Virus record (IMG/VR): IMGVR_UViG_3300025276_000022
Strand: one strand, 5' to 3'
Length of the DNA: 64,000 bases
Source of the DNA: a virus
The notes beneath the pieces were generated by a model. That model was not told the DNA's origin. It did no database searches and saw nothing but the letters and a program-made list of their open reading frames with translations. Made by a program: the position numbers and the translations under genes. Within the stretch, counting starts at the first letter, position 1; every line of letters begins with the position of its first letter. Shown piece after piece: positions 1-8,534 of the stretch.

Positions 1-8
1 ACTGTTCA

Positions 9-305
9 ATGAATGGTATATCTTCTAATTTCAATGATGTTACTGTCGTTAACGTTGGTGGGCCATTCAGTCCGACCGAAGATCGCCCGGCAGTAATGTT
101 AGTTAAAGGTGCCTTCGAAGGTACTATCAAAGTTGTTCCTGCTGTCCATATGAGAGATGGTACGTACCAAGCAGATGGTCGTTGGTTAATGATGGGTGGT
201 ACTTATGTTGCTACTTCGGATGGACGATTCTCTGATAAGTGTAAAGAGATCACCGGACAACGTCACTACGGTGCGGTTGCTTTCCATGATCGGTATGAGG
301 GATAA
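9..305 (+). CDS. hypothetical phage protein
   Basis: 98-aa ORF, stop 2 nt before next ATG; no family recognised. Confidence 0.6.
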   Translation: MNGISSNFNDVTVVNVGGPFSPTEDRPAVMLVKGAFEGTIKVVPAVHMRDGTYQADGRWLMMGGTYVATSDGRFSDKCKEITGQRHYGAVAFHDRYEG

Positions 306-307
306 TA

Positions 308-628
308 ATGTTAACTCATAACGATTCTGCAACTGAACTGTTAACCATCTTGCAAGAAGAATGTGCCGAGGTTATCGTTGAGATTTCCAAGGTCAAACGA
401 TTCGGTCAAGAGAAGAAGAACATTGACCGTCTCGCCAAGGAAGTAGGCGACCTAGTCTGTATGATAGAGTTGCTTCAGAATTGGGAAGTAGTGTCTTACA
501 GTGCCGTTGAAGATGCACGGCAAGAAAAGTATAGTAAACTTCGTAGGTGGTCTAACCTATTTAACGATGGAAGTGATGAATTAAATTATTCGTACACATC
601 CTCACGAACAAGAATCTCGGAGAATTAA
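308..628 (+). CDS. MazG-like all-alpha NTP pyrophosphohydrolase domain protein
   Basis: EECAE...EVGD acidic metal-binding pattern (LQEECAEVIVEISKVKRFG...KEVGDL). Confidence 0.65.
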   Translation: MLTHNDSATELLTILQEECAEVIVEISKVKRFGQEKKNIDRLAKEVGDLVCMIELLQNWEVVSYSAVEDARQEKYSKLRRWSNLFNDGSDELNYSYTSSRTRISEN

Positions 629-629
629 A

Positions 630-767
630 GTGAAGAAGGTCAAGTCTATAGCGCGAGCCAATCCCGTAGCGAAGTACGCTCGGAAATTTAATCGTGCCGC
701 TACACATATAGACCGAAAGAAAGAAGTTAAAAAACGCGGTTACCCCGAAGAAACTAATTTACAATAG
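630..767 (+). CDS. small basic protein (45 aa), absent from the ORF track
   Basis: GTG at 630 after GGAG; MKKVKSIARANPVAKYARKFNRAATHIDRKKEVKKRGYPEETNLQ*; fills the gap between neighbouring genes. Confidence 0.65.
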   Translation: MKKVKSIARANPVAKYARKFNRAATHIDRKKEVKKRGYPEETNLQ

Positions 768-771
768 CCCC

Positions 772-801
772 TTGACAGGCGCCCCTACTATAAGGTATAA
801 T
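772..801 (+). promoter_or_regulatory. sigma70-type (early) promoter
   Basis: TTGACA (772-777), 18-nt spacer, TATAAT (796-801). Confidence 0.8.
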
Positions 802-1036
802 GATGATAGTTTCAAAAGAAGTACGTTATGCAATGATTCGTCGAGCAGCATTGAAGATTCAGAAGCATAGTAAGCACAGCACGATTATTAAGTCAAACAA
901 ACGTCTTGCTGATGAAGTAGTAAGTCTTGATCGCCAAGACTATAAAGCAAATGTACGATGGAAAGATGAAGAGCGATATATTGATACTCACTTTTCAGAC
1001 GTATATAATTCAATAATTAAAGGAGATTTAACATAA
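800..1036 (+). CDS. hypothetical protein (true start may be the downstream Met, as the -10 box overlaps ATG 800)
   Basis: 78-aa ORF, stop overlaps next start (TAATG). Confidence 0.55.
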   Translation: MMIVSKEVRYAMIRRAALKIQKHSKHSTIIKSNKRLADEVVSLDRQDYKANVRWKDEERYIDTHFSDVYNSIIKGDLT

Positions 1037-1326
1037 TGGCCGATATGCCAGAAAACTTAATTGACTTAGGTCAATATCCACGAAATGATGTAGAACGTAT
1101 TGCACGTGAATATATACGTTGCGTTTATCTAGACACTCTACAAACTTTCGCGAAAGAGTATGCTTCTTTAAGTGAAGAGGACGAGACACGTAAAAACGTT
1201 CTTAGTACACTTGAAGCATTCGAGCACACTATTGCAGTACTCGATGGTAACGAAGAGTTTTTAGAAGCAGTTCATGCTGAACCAGATGCAGCTGCAGACG
1301 AAGATTCTGAATTTGAACGTTTTTAA
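1036..1326 (+). CDS. hypothetical acidic protein
   Basis: AGGAG SD, 96-aa ORF. Confidence 0.7.
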   Translation: MADMPENLIDLGQYPRNDVERIAREYIRCVYLDTLQTFAKEYASLSEEDETRKNVLSTLEAFEHTIAVLDGNEEFLEAVHAEPDAAADEDSEFERF

Positions 1327-1335
1327 GGAGAACGT

Positions 1336-1596
1336 ATGTTTAATTATGATGAAATAGTAGGAAGACTCAGGGACGGTGTATTACAGGTAACATTTGATAA
1401 GGTTAATGGAGAGCAACGTATTATGCCTTGTACTCTACAAACCGAATACATGCCTGATATGTCAGAGTCTAAAGTAAACCAAGTGGACGAATTTTCTGTT
1501 AACAAATCTGTTATAAGAGCATTCGCGATTGACAAACAATCATGGCGGTCATTCCGTGTTGATAATGTCAAAGCGATTGAGATTATAAATGGATGA
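1336..1596 (+). CDS. DUF2693/WYL_2-type SH3-barrel protein (T4 gp30.3-like)
   Basis: VTFDKVNGEQRIMPCTL...WRSFRVDNV signature; AAGGAG SD. Confidence 0.7.
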   Translation: MFNYDEIVGRLRDGVLQVTFDKVNGEQRIMPCTLQTEYMPDMSESKVNQVDEFSVNKSVIRAFAIDKQSWRSFRVDNVKAIEIING

Positions 1597-1825
1597 GTCA
1601 ACTAAAGATAAGTTCTTAACCAAGAAATCATTCTCTGCTATGATCGAGAGTTTTGTTTTTACTAATAAGATGTCATACATGGATTCCATTGTACATCTCT
1701 GTGAAAAGAATGCTCTTGAACTGGAAGACATTAAGAAGTACCTGTCTCCCACTATAGTAGAACATCTAGAGAGTGAAGCACGCCAGTTGAATTTTCTACC
1801 AAAACAGAATCAACTAGACGTATAA
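1589..1825 (+). CDS. 33: late transcription co-activator gp33
   Basis: FS..IE.....MSYMDSIVHLCEKN.LE......LS..I.E.LE.EA..LNFLPK pattern; directly upstream of gp32. Confidence 0.9.
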   Translation: MDESTKDKFLTKKSFSAMIESFVFTNKMSYMDSIVHLCEKNALELEDIKKYLSPTIVEHLESEARQLNFLPKQNQLDV

Positions 1826-1901
1826 GTAGTACTGCCCTAGAGGCAATCTCATACATTGTTTATACATTGTTTATATTTAAGTTAATACTAAAGGAAATAT
1901 T

Positions 1902-2846
1902 ATGTCTTTCGCAAATCTAAAGTCAAAGTCTTCGGACATCTCAAAACTTGTCAGTGCCGCATCCGCAGCAACCGGACAAGCTTCAAACACAAACAAATAC
2001 CAAGACGACCGCAAGTGGAAACCTACCGTTGATGAAGCGGGCAATGGTTACGCTGTAATTCGATTCTTACCTGCTACCGAAGGTCAAGATCTTCCGTGGG
2101 TACGCTACTGGGATCACGCCTTCAAAGGCCCCACTGGACAGTGGTACATCGAACGTTCATTGACCACCCTAGGTCAGAACGATCCATTAGGTGAGCTGAA
2201 CTCTCGTCTATGGAACTCAGGTATCGAAGAAGACAAGGAAACTGCTCGTCGGCAGAAGCGTCGTCTACACTACGTTACTAACATTCAAGTTATTAACGAC
2301 CCTGCAAACCCTGCCAACAATGGTAAGGTAATGATCTACGAGTTCGGCAAGAAGATCTTTGATAAGATCATGGATCAGATGCAACCAGAATTTCCAGGCG
2401 AGACTCCGGTCAATCCTTTCGACTTCTGGACAGGTGCGGATTTCGAACTGAAGATTCGTAAGGTTGCTGGTTACAGAAACTATGATAAGTCAGACTTCAA
2501 GTCACCTTCTCCGTTCTTGGCATCCGATGAGACTCAGTTGGAATCAGTGTATAACTCACTGTATGACTTGAATGAGTTCATCATGCCCAACTACCCGAAC
2601 GCGTTTGACGCAAACTGGTTTAAGTCTTATGATGATCTAAAGAACAAGTTGGAGACAGTACTAGGTCTTGCGACTGGTGCCGGTTCAACTTTGAAGAACG
2701 AAGCACTATCACAGACTGCTGAAGCTGCTCCGATTCGATCAGCAATTGAACCAACTGTTGTCGCAGCTGCTCCTGCCGCGGTTGCTGCTGTTGCAGAGGA
2801 AGATGATACACTATCTTACTTCGCGCAGATGGCTGCTGAAGACTAG
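1902..2846 (+). CDS. 32: single-stranded DNA-binding protein gp32
   Basis: DDRKWKP...GNGYAVIRFLP, KIFDKI, NPFDFWTGADFELKIRKVAGYRNYDKS, acidic tail DDTLSYFAQMAAED. Confidence 0.97.
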   Translation: MSFANLKSKSSDISKLVSAASAATGQASNTNKYQDDRKWKPTVDEAGNGYAVIRFLPATEGQDLPWVRYWDHAFKGPTGQWYIERSLTTLGQNDPLGELNSRLWNSGIEEDKETARRQKRRLHYVTNIQVINDPANPANNGKVMIYEFGKKIFDKIMDQMQPEFPGETPVNPFDFWTGADFELKIRKVAGYRNYDKSDFKSPSPFLASDETQLESVYNSLYDLNEFIMPNYPNAFDANWFKSYDDLKNKLETVLGLATGAGSTLKNEALSQTAEAAPIRSAIEPTVVAAAPAAVAAVAEEDDTLSYFAQMAAED

Positions 2847-2867
2847 GTAGTAGATTAGGTAATTAAG

Positions 2868-2896
2868 AAGGGGACTCGAAAGAGTCCCTTTTTTTA
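2868..2896. terminator. intrinsic terminator between convergent genes
   Basis: GGGACTC-GAAA-GAGTCCC followed by a T run. Confidence 0.9.
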
Positions 2897-4549
2897 TGCT
2901 GTTCTTGTAGCGAAGTAAGGATCCATTCCATCAAAGGCAGATATAGGGCCTCCTAAGACAGTCGTACCACCGCCACCAGATGATGAGGTGTTTGTACTGT
3001 TATCCATGATAACGACAGGTGCGGCAGAACTAATCGCAGATTGTTCGGTGACCAACTTACCAACGTTTCCTGCTGAAGTAGATTTCTGTTGTTGCCCCGA
3101 AGAGTTGGATGATATCTGAGTTCCTGCGGATGCGATGTTATTCATCATCTGCACATCTTCGTTAGAGAAAGAGTTTATGCCCGGCGAGAAGTCAAGTTTC
3201 TTCTGACCATCAAACCAACCGTCACCAACAACATAAGGGTTCTCTCCGGTACCTTGACCTTTCATTGCGGCCAGCATAGGTATTGCATATGACATTGTCT
3301 TACCGAAATCCCCTATGGAATCATTAACTGCATCATAGTCTGTATCGATAAGTCTATCTAGAGAATCTGCAAGACCATCGATGACAGTAGATATATCTCC
3401 AAGTCCTTTAAGGTTGTCAGCATTCAATGTGGATAGTGGTTGTAGACCGTTGTATAGTTTAGTGAAGATATCCTCATCGTCACCACCAAACAATCCACCG
3501 ACAAAATCCATGACACTAGCGAGACCACTGCCACCCATTAGAGCAACCATACCGACACCTAGTACAGCCATTGCTGCACCGACCGCAATAAGGTTACCGC
3601 CATCTAGTTCACTGAGCGGTGCAAGACCAGTCGCAAGGTTTCCTAACATTGTAGCTAGACCTTCCCCGTCTATACCTGCCGCAGCTGCAATATCAAATGC
3701 ACCAAAGAATCCTGCTAGTCCTAGACCCAGTAGAGGAAGACCGACAGCAGCTGCACTACCGAATGCACTACCGAATGCAATAAGACCACCTAGTGCCACT
3801 AGTGAGGCACCACTAAATGCATTGAGTCCTTCACCTAGACTTACCATCATGTTCTTGAGTGCAGAACCGTCTGTATTCAGTAAGGACATCCCTTTGTCGC
3901 CTAATGCTAGACCACCAAAGAATGCACCGATACCAGCACCAAAGAGTCCCATATTAAGGGCACCTTTCATACTACCAAACTTTGCACCTACTGCTGCCAA
4001 TACGCCCATCGCAAGAAGACCCTCGGTAGGTGTCTCTGCGAATGCTTCACCAAGAGTGATCATGTTCTTCTTAGTGGCAGACATATCCGTGCCAATCATC
4101 GCTTGCGCTTTATCACCAAGAGCAAGACCAGTAAAGAATGCACCAATACCAAAACCTAACGCACCAAGAGTTGCGACCGCACCAAGTCCTTTCATAGCGA
4201 AACCTAGACCAGCACCAACACCTGCTCCGATACCTTTACCGGCAGACTCTTTAAAACTCCCCTTGCTAGTACCACCCTTGGTATTCTTTTGGATACCAGA
4301 TAGCACCTCGAACATTCTTTTATCAGCAAGCTTGCTGTCACGTTTTTCTTCTAGGTCGTCGCCACTTCCATTGTTAATCTGAAACGATTGTGCAACCTTC
4401 AATACGCTAGTATTAATGGTGTCTAGTTTTGTGTTAGATGCATCCACCTTAGATATTGCATTATCCAGATACCCATAGATGTCCAGAGCAATCTCCATTA
4501 CGAGGTCGTTCTGTTCTCCAAGTTTCTCTGATACTCGTTTAAGACTCAT
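2894..4549 (-). CDS. putative tape-measure / baseplate hub protein (gp29-like position)
   Basis: 551 aa, Gly/Ala-rich hydrophobic repeats (GIGAFFxGLALGDK twice), PVVIMDNSTNTS C-terminal motif, immediately downstream of gp51/gp26. Confidence 0.6.
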   Translation of the reverse strand: MSLKRVSEKLGEQNDLVMEIALDIYGYLDNAISKVDASNTKLDTINTSVLKVAQSFQINNGSGDDLEEKRDSKLADKRMFEVLSGIQKNTKGGTSKGSFKESAGKGIGAGVGAGLGFAMKGLGAVATLGALGFGIGAFFTGLALGDKAQAMIGTDMSATKKNMITLGEAFAETPTEGLLAMGVLAAVGAKFGSMKGALNMGLFGAGIGAFFGGLALGDKGMSLLNTDGSALKNMMVSLGEGLNAFSGASLVALGGLIAFGSAFGSAAAVGLPLLGLGLAGFFGAFDIAAAAGIDGEGLATMLGNLATGLAPLSELDGGNLIAVGAAMAVLGVGMVALMGGSGLASVMDFVGGLFGGDDEDIFTKLYNGLQPLSTLNADNLKGLGDISTVIDGLADSLDRLIDTDYDAVNDSIGDFGKTMSYAIPMLAAMKGQGTGENPYVVGDGWFDGQKKLDFSPGINSFSNEDVQMMNNIASAGTQISSNSSGQQQKSTSAGNVGKLVTEQSAISSAAPVVIMDNSTNTSSSGGGGTTVLGGPISAFDGMDPYFATRTA

Positions 4550-4552
4550 TGG

Positions 4553-4735
4553 TTATCCTTTCTGTTTAGCTCTCTGATTCTTCTCGTTGATATCGTCAAC
4601 TAACATCGTTAAGTAAATCTCTCTCTCCCAAGGTATCATTCCTTCTACTTCATCCAACGAGTAATTGAAATTATTCAGTAGTTGGAAGTTGACTTGGTAG
4701 TAATTGGCTAGGGTGTCATGAGAGAGATTTATCAA
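4553..4735 (-). CDS. 51: baseplate hub assembly protein (gp51-like)
   Basis: LANYYQVNFQL...YSLDEVEGMIPWEREIY motif; follows gp26. Confidence 0.8.
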   Translation of the reverse strand: MINLSHDTLANYYQVNFQLLNNFNYSLDEVEGMIPWEREIYLTMLVDDINEKNQRAKQKG

Positions 4736-5439
4736 AAAAAATCGTCAAGTCCTTTCAGTGTTTTCTTATTAGTATGGTCGCATGATTCACATACGAATTC
4801 TAAGTCTTGGGTCAATGCCGGTATCGAAGCAGCAAAGGCAGAAACCTTTCCGAACTGTTCGGAAGTCATAGACTCCAAGAATTCTACAATTTCTTCTTGT
4901 GGTTCATCTTTAATAGAGAACCTTTCTTCTTCGGTCAACACCGAATCTAAACAAGTGACGATGAGTTGAAGTAACGCCTCGGTCGTACTCTTGCTGTCCA
5001 GAAGAGTTTGGTTAGATAAGAATTCCTCGTAGGTCGGGAACTTCATCTTAACAGTAATCTCTTCGGTGATTGGTATCAACATCTCCGGTAAATCTCCGAT
5101 GACCTCTACCTTATCAAGCTCGACAGTGACCTCGTTATTTACCTCACACTCTTCACAAGGTACAAGTATGTTAGCGGTCTCGCCAACAGACTTAGAACGT
5201 ATCTTGGTGAACATGTAATCCACATCGAAGGTTGTTAGTGACCCACCGATAGGTTCTTCCACACATGCCTCGATTGTTCGTATAACTGCCCTAACTAGAT
5301 CTTGTCGGTTCTGTGCTTCAAATGCTATGAGAAGGTTCTTCTGTTCCTTTACAAGGAACGGTCGATAGACCACACTCTGACCCGTCGAGGGGATTTTCAT
5401 TTCATATGTTGGTGCTGAATTCAGTTTTGGTAAAGCCAT
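4732..5439 (-). CDS. 26: baseplate hub subunit gp26
   Basis: MALPKL..PTYE..IPSTG..V.YRPFLVKEQK, IRSKSVGE, two CxxC, GLDDFF end. Confidence 0.92.
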   Translation of the reverse strand: MALPKLNSAPTYEMKIPSTGQSVVYRPFLVKEQKNLLIAFEAQNRQDLVRAVIRTIEACVEEPIGGSLTTFDVDYMFTKIRSKSVGETANILVPCEECEVNNEVTVELDKVEVIGDLPEMLIPITEEITVKMKFPTYEEFLSNQTLLDSKSTTEALLQLIVTCLDSVLTEEERFSIKDEPQEEIVEFLESMTSEQFGKVSAFAASIPALTQDLEFVCESCDHTNKKTLKGLDDFF

Positions 5440-5460
5440 GATGTATCCTATATTATATAA

Positions 5461-6171
5461 TTAAATTAATCCACCTAAGTTAAAGTTGAAATTACCATCA
5501 ACTAAACTTCGTTTATCTTCTATCACTTTCCAGTTGGTGTACGAGAATTGCATTGTACACTCAACCAGTTGTCCGTCGTTACTTAGTTGTATTGAACTGA
5601 GCGATGTAGGGAATGCTTCTAGTAGTTCTATACTGTATATAGATGCGCCCCCGATATCAAAATTAAAGTCCAAAGGCCCAAGGTCGAAACCAAATCGGGC
5701 GATAGGTTTACGCAACTGTCGTATAGTAATGTTTTTCGAATAGTTGTTCTTGTAACCTACCTCTCCCATCTTTAGAGTATTCGTAAATTCTGCTTCTGCG
5801 GCTTTGGCAGCTGCCTTGTCTTCTGGAGATGCGTCTTCTCCTGTGGCGGTGGGTTTTGCCTTATGGTTCATACCCACTATAGTGTTTGCCCACGTATCAA
5901 AATACTTCTTAACACCGTAGTCGTTCAACACATAGAATGTTATTGAAACGTCTTCTACTGCAAACCCATTGGCAACCTTCTCGTTGAATATACCGACAGT
6001 TCTATCTAGACTCATTATCTGTCTACCCGGCAAAGTAACGTCCTTACATATAACGTTTAGTTCTCGTGCACCTAACTCTCCCATAGAGGGAAGTGAAACC
6101 GAAAACTGATTGGCCATCGCCATACCATTCTTAGAGGTAAGTTTGCCTTTTAGTTCTTCTATGCCTGACAT
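5461..6171 (-). CDS. tail-tube-fold protein (gp54/gp19 family, tube initiator-like)
   Basis: C..V.LPGRQI, FDTW...I, EAFPTSLS.IQLS, F.YT.W tail-tube motifs. Confidence 0.75.
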   Translation of the reverse strand: MSGIEELKGKLTSKNGMAMANQFSVSLPSMGELGARELNVICKDVTLPGRQIMSLDRTVGIFNEKVANGFAVEDVSITFYVLNDYGVKKYFDTWANTIVGMNHKAKPTATGEDASPEDKAAAKAAEAEFTNTLKMGEVGYKNNYSKNITIRQLRKPIARFGFDLGPLDFNFDIGGASIYSIELLEAFPTSLSSIQLSNDGQLVECTMQFSYTNWKVIEDKRSLVDGNFNFNLGGLI

Positions 6172-6174
6172 CTA

Positions 6175-6765
6175 TTAACCACCTATCTTTTTCTTGGAGT
6201 CGGAGTATACCTTCTTGGAGTTCGCCTTCTTGAAACTTGCGGTCGGTAGGAATGTAGCGATCTCCCACTCAGGTGCAGGCACCAATGCGAACTTGCTCCG
6301 TACATGTTCATTCAAGTAATGTTTGAAGCACGGTTGGAAGTACTTCAACTTACTACTCTTAACCAACAACTCATACGACATTTTGAATCGAGTAGAGTCA
6401 TTGAATTTATTGTTACTGGTAATATCCATTAACGCATCCAACATCTTCGCACGTAGGATAGGAGGTAGATAGTGTAGGTTCAATCCATAGAACCCACCCT
6501 CGGCAGGCCCCACAACTACAACCAACGGAAACGTATCGTAGTACGGTAGTGTATCCTTATGCTTAGGATCATAGAAGAACATGTACATACCACCGACGAT
6601 CTCTTGACCCGTCTGTTTTATAGGATCTTCTTTCATCAACTCTTCACGTTTGATGCTCCGAAGATTCTTAATCTTTTGTCGAAACCAATTACGTGATTCT
6701 TTTGTGCGTGGTGTAATACCAGCACGGAACGCTTGTAGTTCTAATCGTTGAAATATGTTAGACAT
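6175..6765 (-). CDS. 2: DNA end protector gp2
   Basis: FFYDPKHKDTLPYYDTFPL, GLNLHYLPP, CFKHYL, FLPTA.F. Confidence 0.93.
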   Translation of the reverse strand: MSNIFQRLELQAFRAGITPRTKESRNWFRQKIKNLRSIKREELMKEDPIKQTGQEIVGGMYMFFYDPKHKDTLPYYDTFPLVVVVGPAEGGFYGLNLHYLPPILRAKMLDALMDITSNNKFNDSTRFKMSYELLVKSSKLKYFQPCFKHYLNEHVRSKFALVPAPEWEIATFLPTASFKKANSKKVYSDSKKKIGG

Positions 6766-6792
6766 GAATGATTCCGTTAAAATTCCTACTTC

Positions 6793-6800
6793 TATTTATA
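6793..6800 (-). promoter_or_regulatory. T4-type late promoter
   Basis: TATTTATA on + = TATAAATA on -, ~30 nt upstream of gp2. Confidence 0.8.
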
Positions 6801-7374
6801 CAGAATGTAACCAGTTATCTATATTGAGAGTGTAGTCTTTGGCCACAAAGTTCACCATCTTGGATACATTGTCATAGTCAACGTCTAAAATAAGGAACCG
6901 TTCTGCTCTAACATCATCACCATAGAACCAGTTTATGACTGTCGCATGGTGTTGGGATCTATAGGTGATCCAATTCCATACTACCTCTTGAGTGGTAAGG
7001 GGTTTGCCTGGCACCATTATCTCTTTACACTTCTCAAGTATGGGGGTGTTCATTCTGTTCTCTACAAAAATCGCTTCGGTTACACAGTTCAATATGAAGT
7101 ATGCATCCGGATACGCCTCGTACAGTTGTCGGTAGTATTGGTTACCTTCGATGTAGTCTTCGTTTTCAAAATAAGTCATGTTGATATAAACATTACTGTC
7201 ACTGATTGTATGCAGTGGATCGTTACCTGCTACGAGGTTACGTTTGATAGTCTTCGCAAGGTTTCTTCTACCCGAACTTATACTTGCGACAGAGCAACCG
7301 CTGTCTAGCATAAGATCGATTAATGGTTGGTCGGACGAATTGTCCATACCAAGGAAGAATACCTTTGGGCTCAT
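6796..7374 (-). CDS. sulfotransferase-fold protein with degenerate PAPS loop
   Basis: KVFFLGM..S, LYEAYPDAYFILN, HH..V..WF, RFLILDV: the motif order of bacterial/phage Sulfotransfer_4-type proteins. Confidence 0.55.
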   Translation of the reverse strand: MSPKVFFLGMDNSSDQPLIDLMLDSGCSVASISSGRRNLAKTIKRNLVAGNDPLHTISDSNVYINMTYFENEDYIEGNQYYRQLYEAYPDAYFILNCVTEAIFVENRMNTPILEKCKEIMVPGKPLTTQEVVWNWITYRSQHHATVINWFYGDDVRAERFLILDVDYDNVSKMVNFVAKDYTLNIDNWLHSV

Positions 7375-7883
7375 TTCTTTTTCTTTCGGAAGGGTGCTAG
7401 TTTTTTAATAGGTTTCTTGGTACGCATCTTCTGGGTAGACTTGGGCATGATACCCATGGCAGTCAGTTCTTTCTCAGTCCAGATCTCGAAATGGTATCCC
7501 CGATCATCTGCATACTTCTTAGCAGCTGTCCACTTAGATTGATTCTTAATGTATGTCATACCTTCGTTTAGTACGGTACGTCGAGACTTACCTTGTTTAC
7601 GTTCAGGTAACTTAGTCTCCTTGAATGGTTTGACTTCTACCAGTACAACACGACCAGACTTGTACTTGATAACGAAGTCCATGAAGTATCGATGAGGTTT
7701 CTTGTCGGTCTCGCAGATGTAAGGTAGCACGAGTTCTTCGGACATCCATTGTACCACGTCCAAACTATCGTCACACCACTTCATTACGTAGCGTTCCCAT
7801 CCCGAACGGTAGACGACGTTGTCTACATCGCCGGCGTACTTCTCTGGGTTCTTTGGTTTGTACCTACCTTTATAGGTCTTCAT
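7371..7883 (-). CDS. 4: head completion nuclease gp4 (start at MKTYKG)
   Basis: YKGRYKPKNPEKYAGD..N.VYRS.WE..MKWCD, HRYFMDF, VEVKP, NQSKW.AA. Confidence 0.93.
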   Translation of the reverse strand: MKTYKGRYKPKNPEKYAGDVDNVVYRSGWERYVMKWCDDSLDVVQWMSEELVLPYICETDKKPHRYFMDFVIKYKSGRVVLVEVKPFKETKLPERKQGKSRRTVLNEGMTYIKNQSKWTAAKKYADDRGYHFEIWTEKELTAMGIMPKSTQKMRTKKPIKKLAPFRKKKK

Positions 7884-8470
7884 ACTATTCTTTCTAATAA
7901 TACCATGTAGTTCTGCCAATCCGTTGCAGGGTATGTAAACTCTTGAACTTTCCTGTATGGGAAATCGTCCTTATTTAGATAGTGATGTATTAACTCCCTA
8001 GGACGTATCTCATCGTCTACGGTAGACATACATTGCACGTAATCATCAATTAGTATATAGGGAGTCTTAGCCGCATTACATAGATTCATATCACTTGACA
8101 TACCATCGGTTCTATGATCACCATCGATAAACACCATGTCGTAATGTTCTATTGTAGTCGGATCGATATCGAAGGAACTCGTCTTAGTAAATTCGAAACG
8201 CTCACCGAACTTATCTTTAAGGTGTGCGGCATTCACCAACGTGTGTTCGTATTGACAAATGTCTACCGAATGATATACTAGATCCTTGTTCACAGTCATA
8301 AAGGTATATGCACTGTGTCCGTAGTTGAACCCAATCTCTAATACGTTTTGACAACGAGTCAGTTTGCATATAACATGTATCATGCGACAAGTGTGCTCAC
8401 TCGGTATAATATGACCTTCTTCGTAGGGCCATCCGTCGGTGAGGAACTTACATTCTTTTACTAGATTCAT
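7880..8470 (-). CDS. class I SAM-dependent methyltransferase (Methyltransf_24-like)
   Basis: VLEIGFNYGHSA motif I, YDMVFIDGDH, ILIDDY. Confidence 0.88.
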   Translation of the reverse strand: MNLVKECKFLTDGWPYEEGHIIPSEHTCRMIHVICKLTRCQNVLEIGFNYGHSAYTFMTVNKDLVYHSVDICQYEHTLVNAAHLKDKFGERFEFTKTSSFDIDPTTIEHYDMVFIDGDHRTDGMSSDMNLCNAAKTPYILIDDYVQCMSTVDDEIRPRELIHHYLNKDDFPYRKVQEFTYPATDWQNYMVLLERIV

Positions 8471-8492
8471 TTTAAAGATGTCTCCGGATATG

Positions 8493-8517
8493 TATAAATA
8501 GTATGACAGTATTTATA
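8493..8517. promoter_or_regulatory. pair of opposed late promoters driving divergent operons
   Basis: TATAAATA on + (8493-8500) and on - (8510-8517). Confidence 0.85.
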
Positions 8518-8534
8518 AACATAGGTATACCCCC

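Noticed and set aside
3381-4382. 333-aa + strand ORF and other long antisense ORFs (17643-18707, 20133-20711, 44329-44916, 63390-63788)
   Set aside because: Shadows of low-complexity or biased-codon genes on the opposite strand; no recognisable motifs.
7371-7883. TnsA-like transposase / mobile element
   Set aside because: Motifs and position next to gp2 identify T4 gp4, which shares that nuclease fold.
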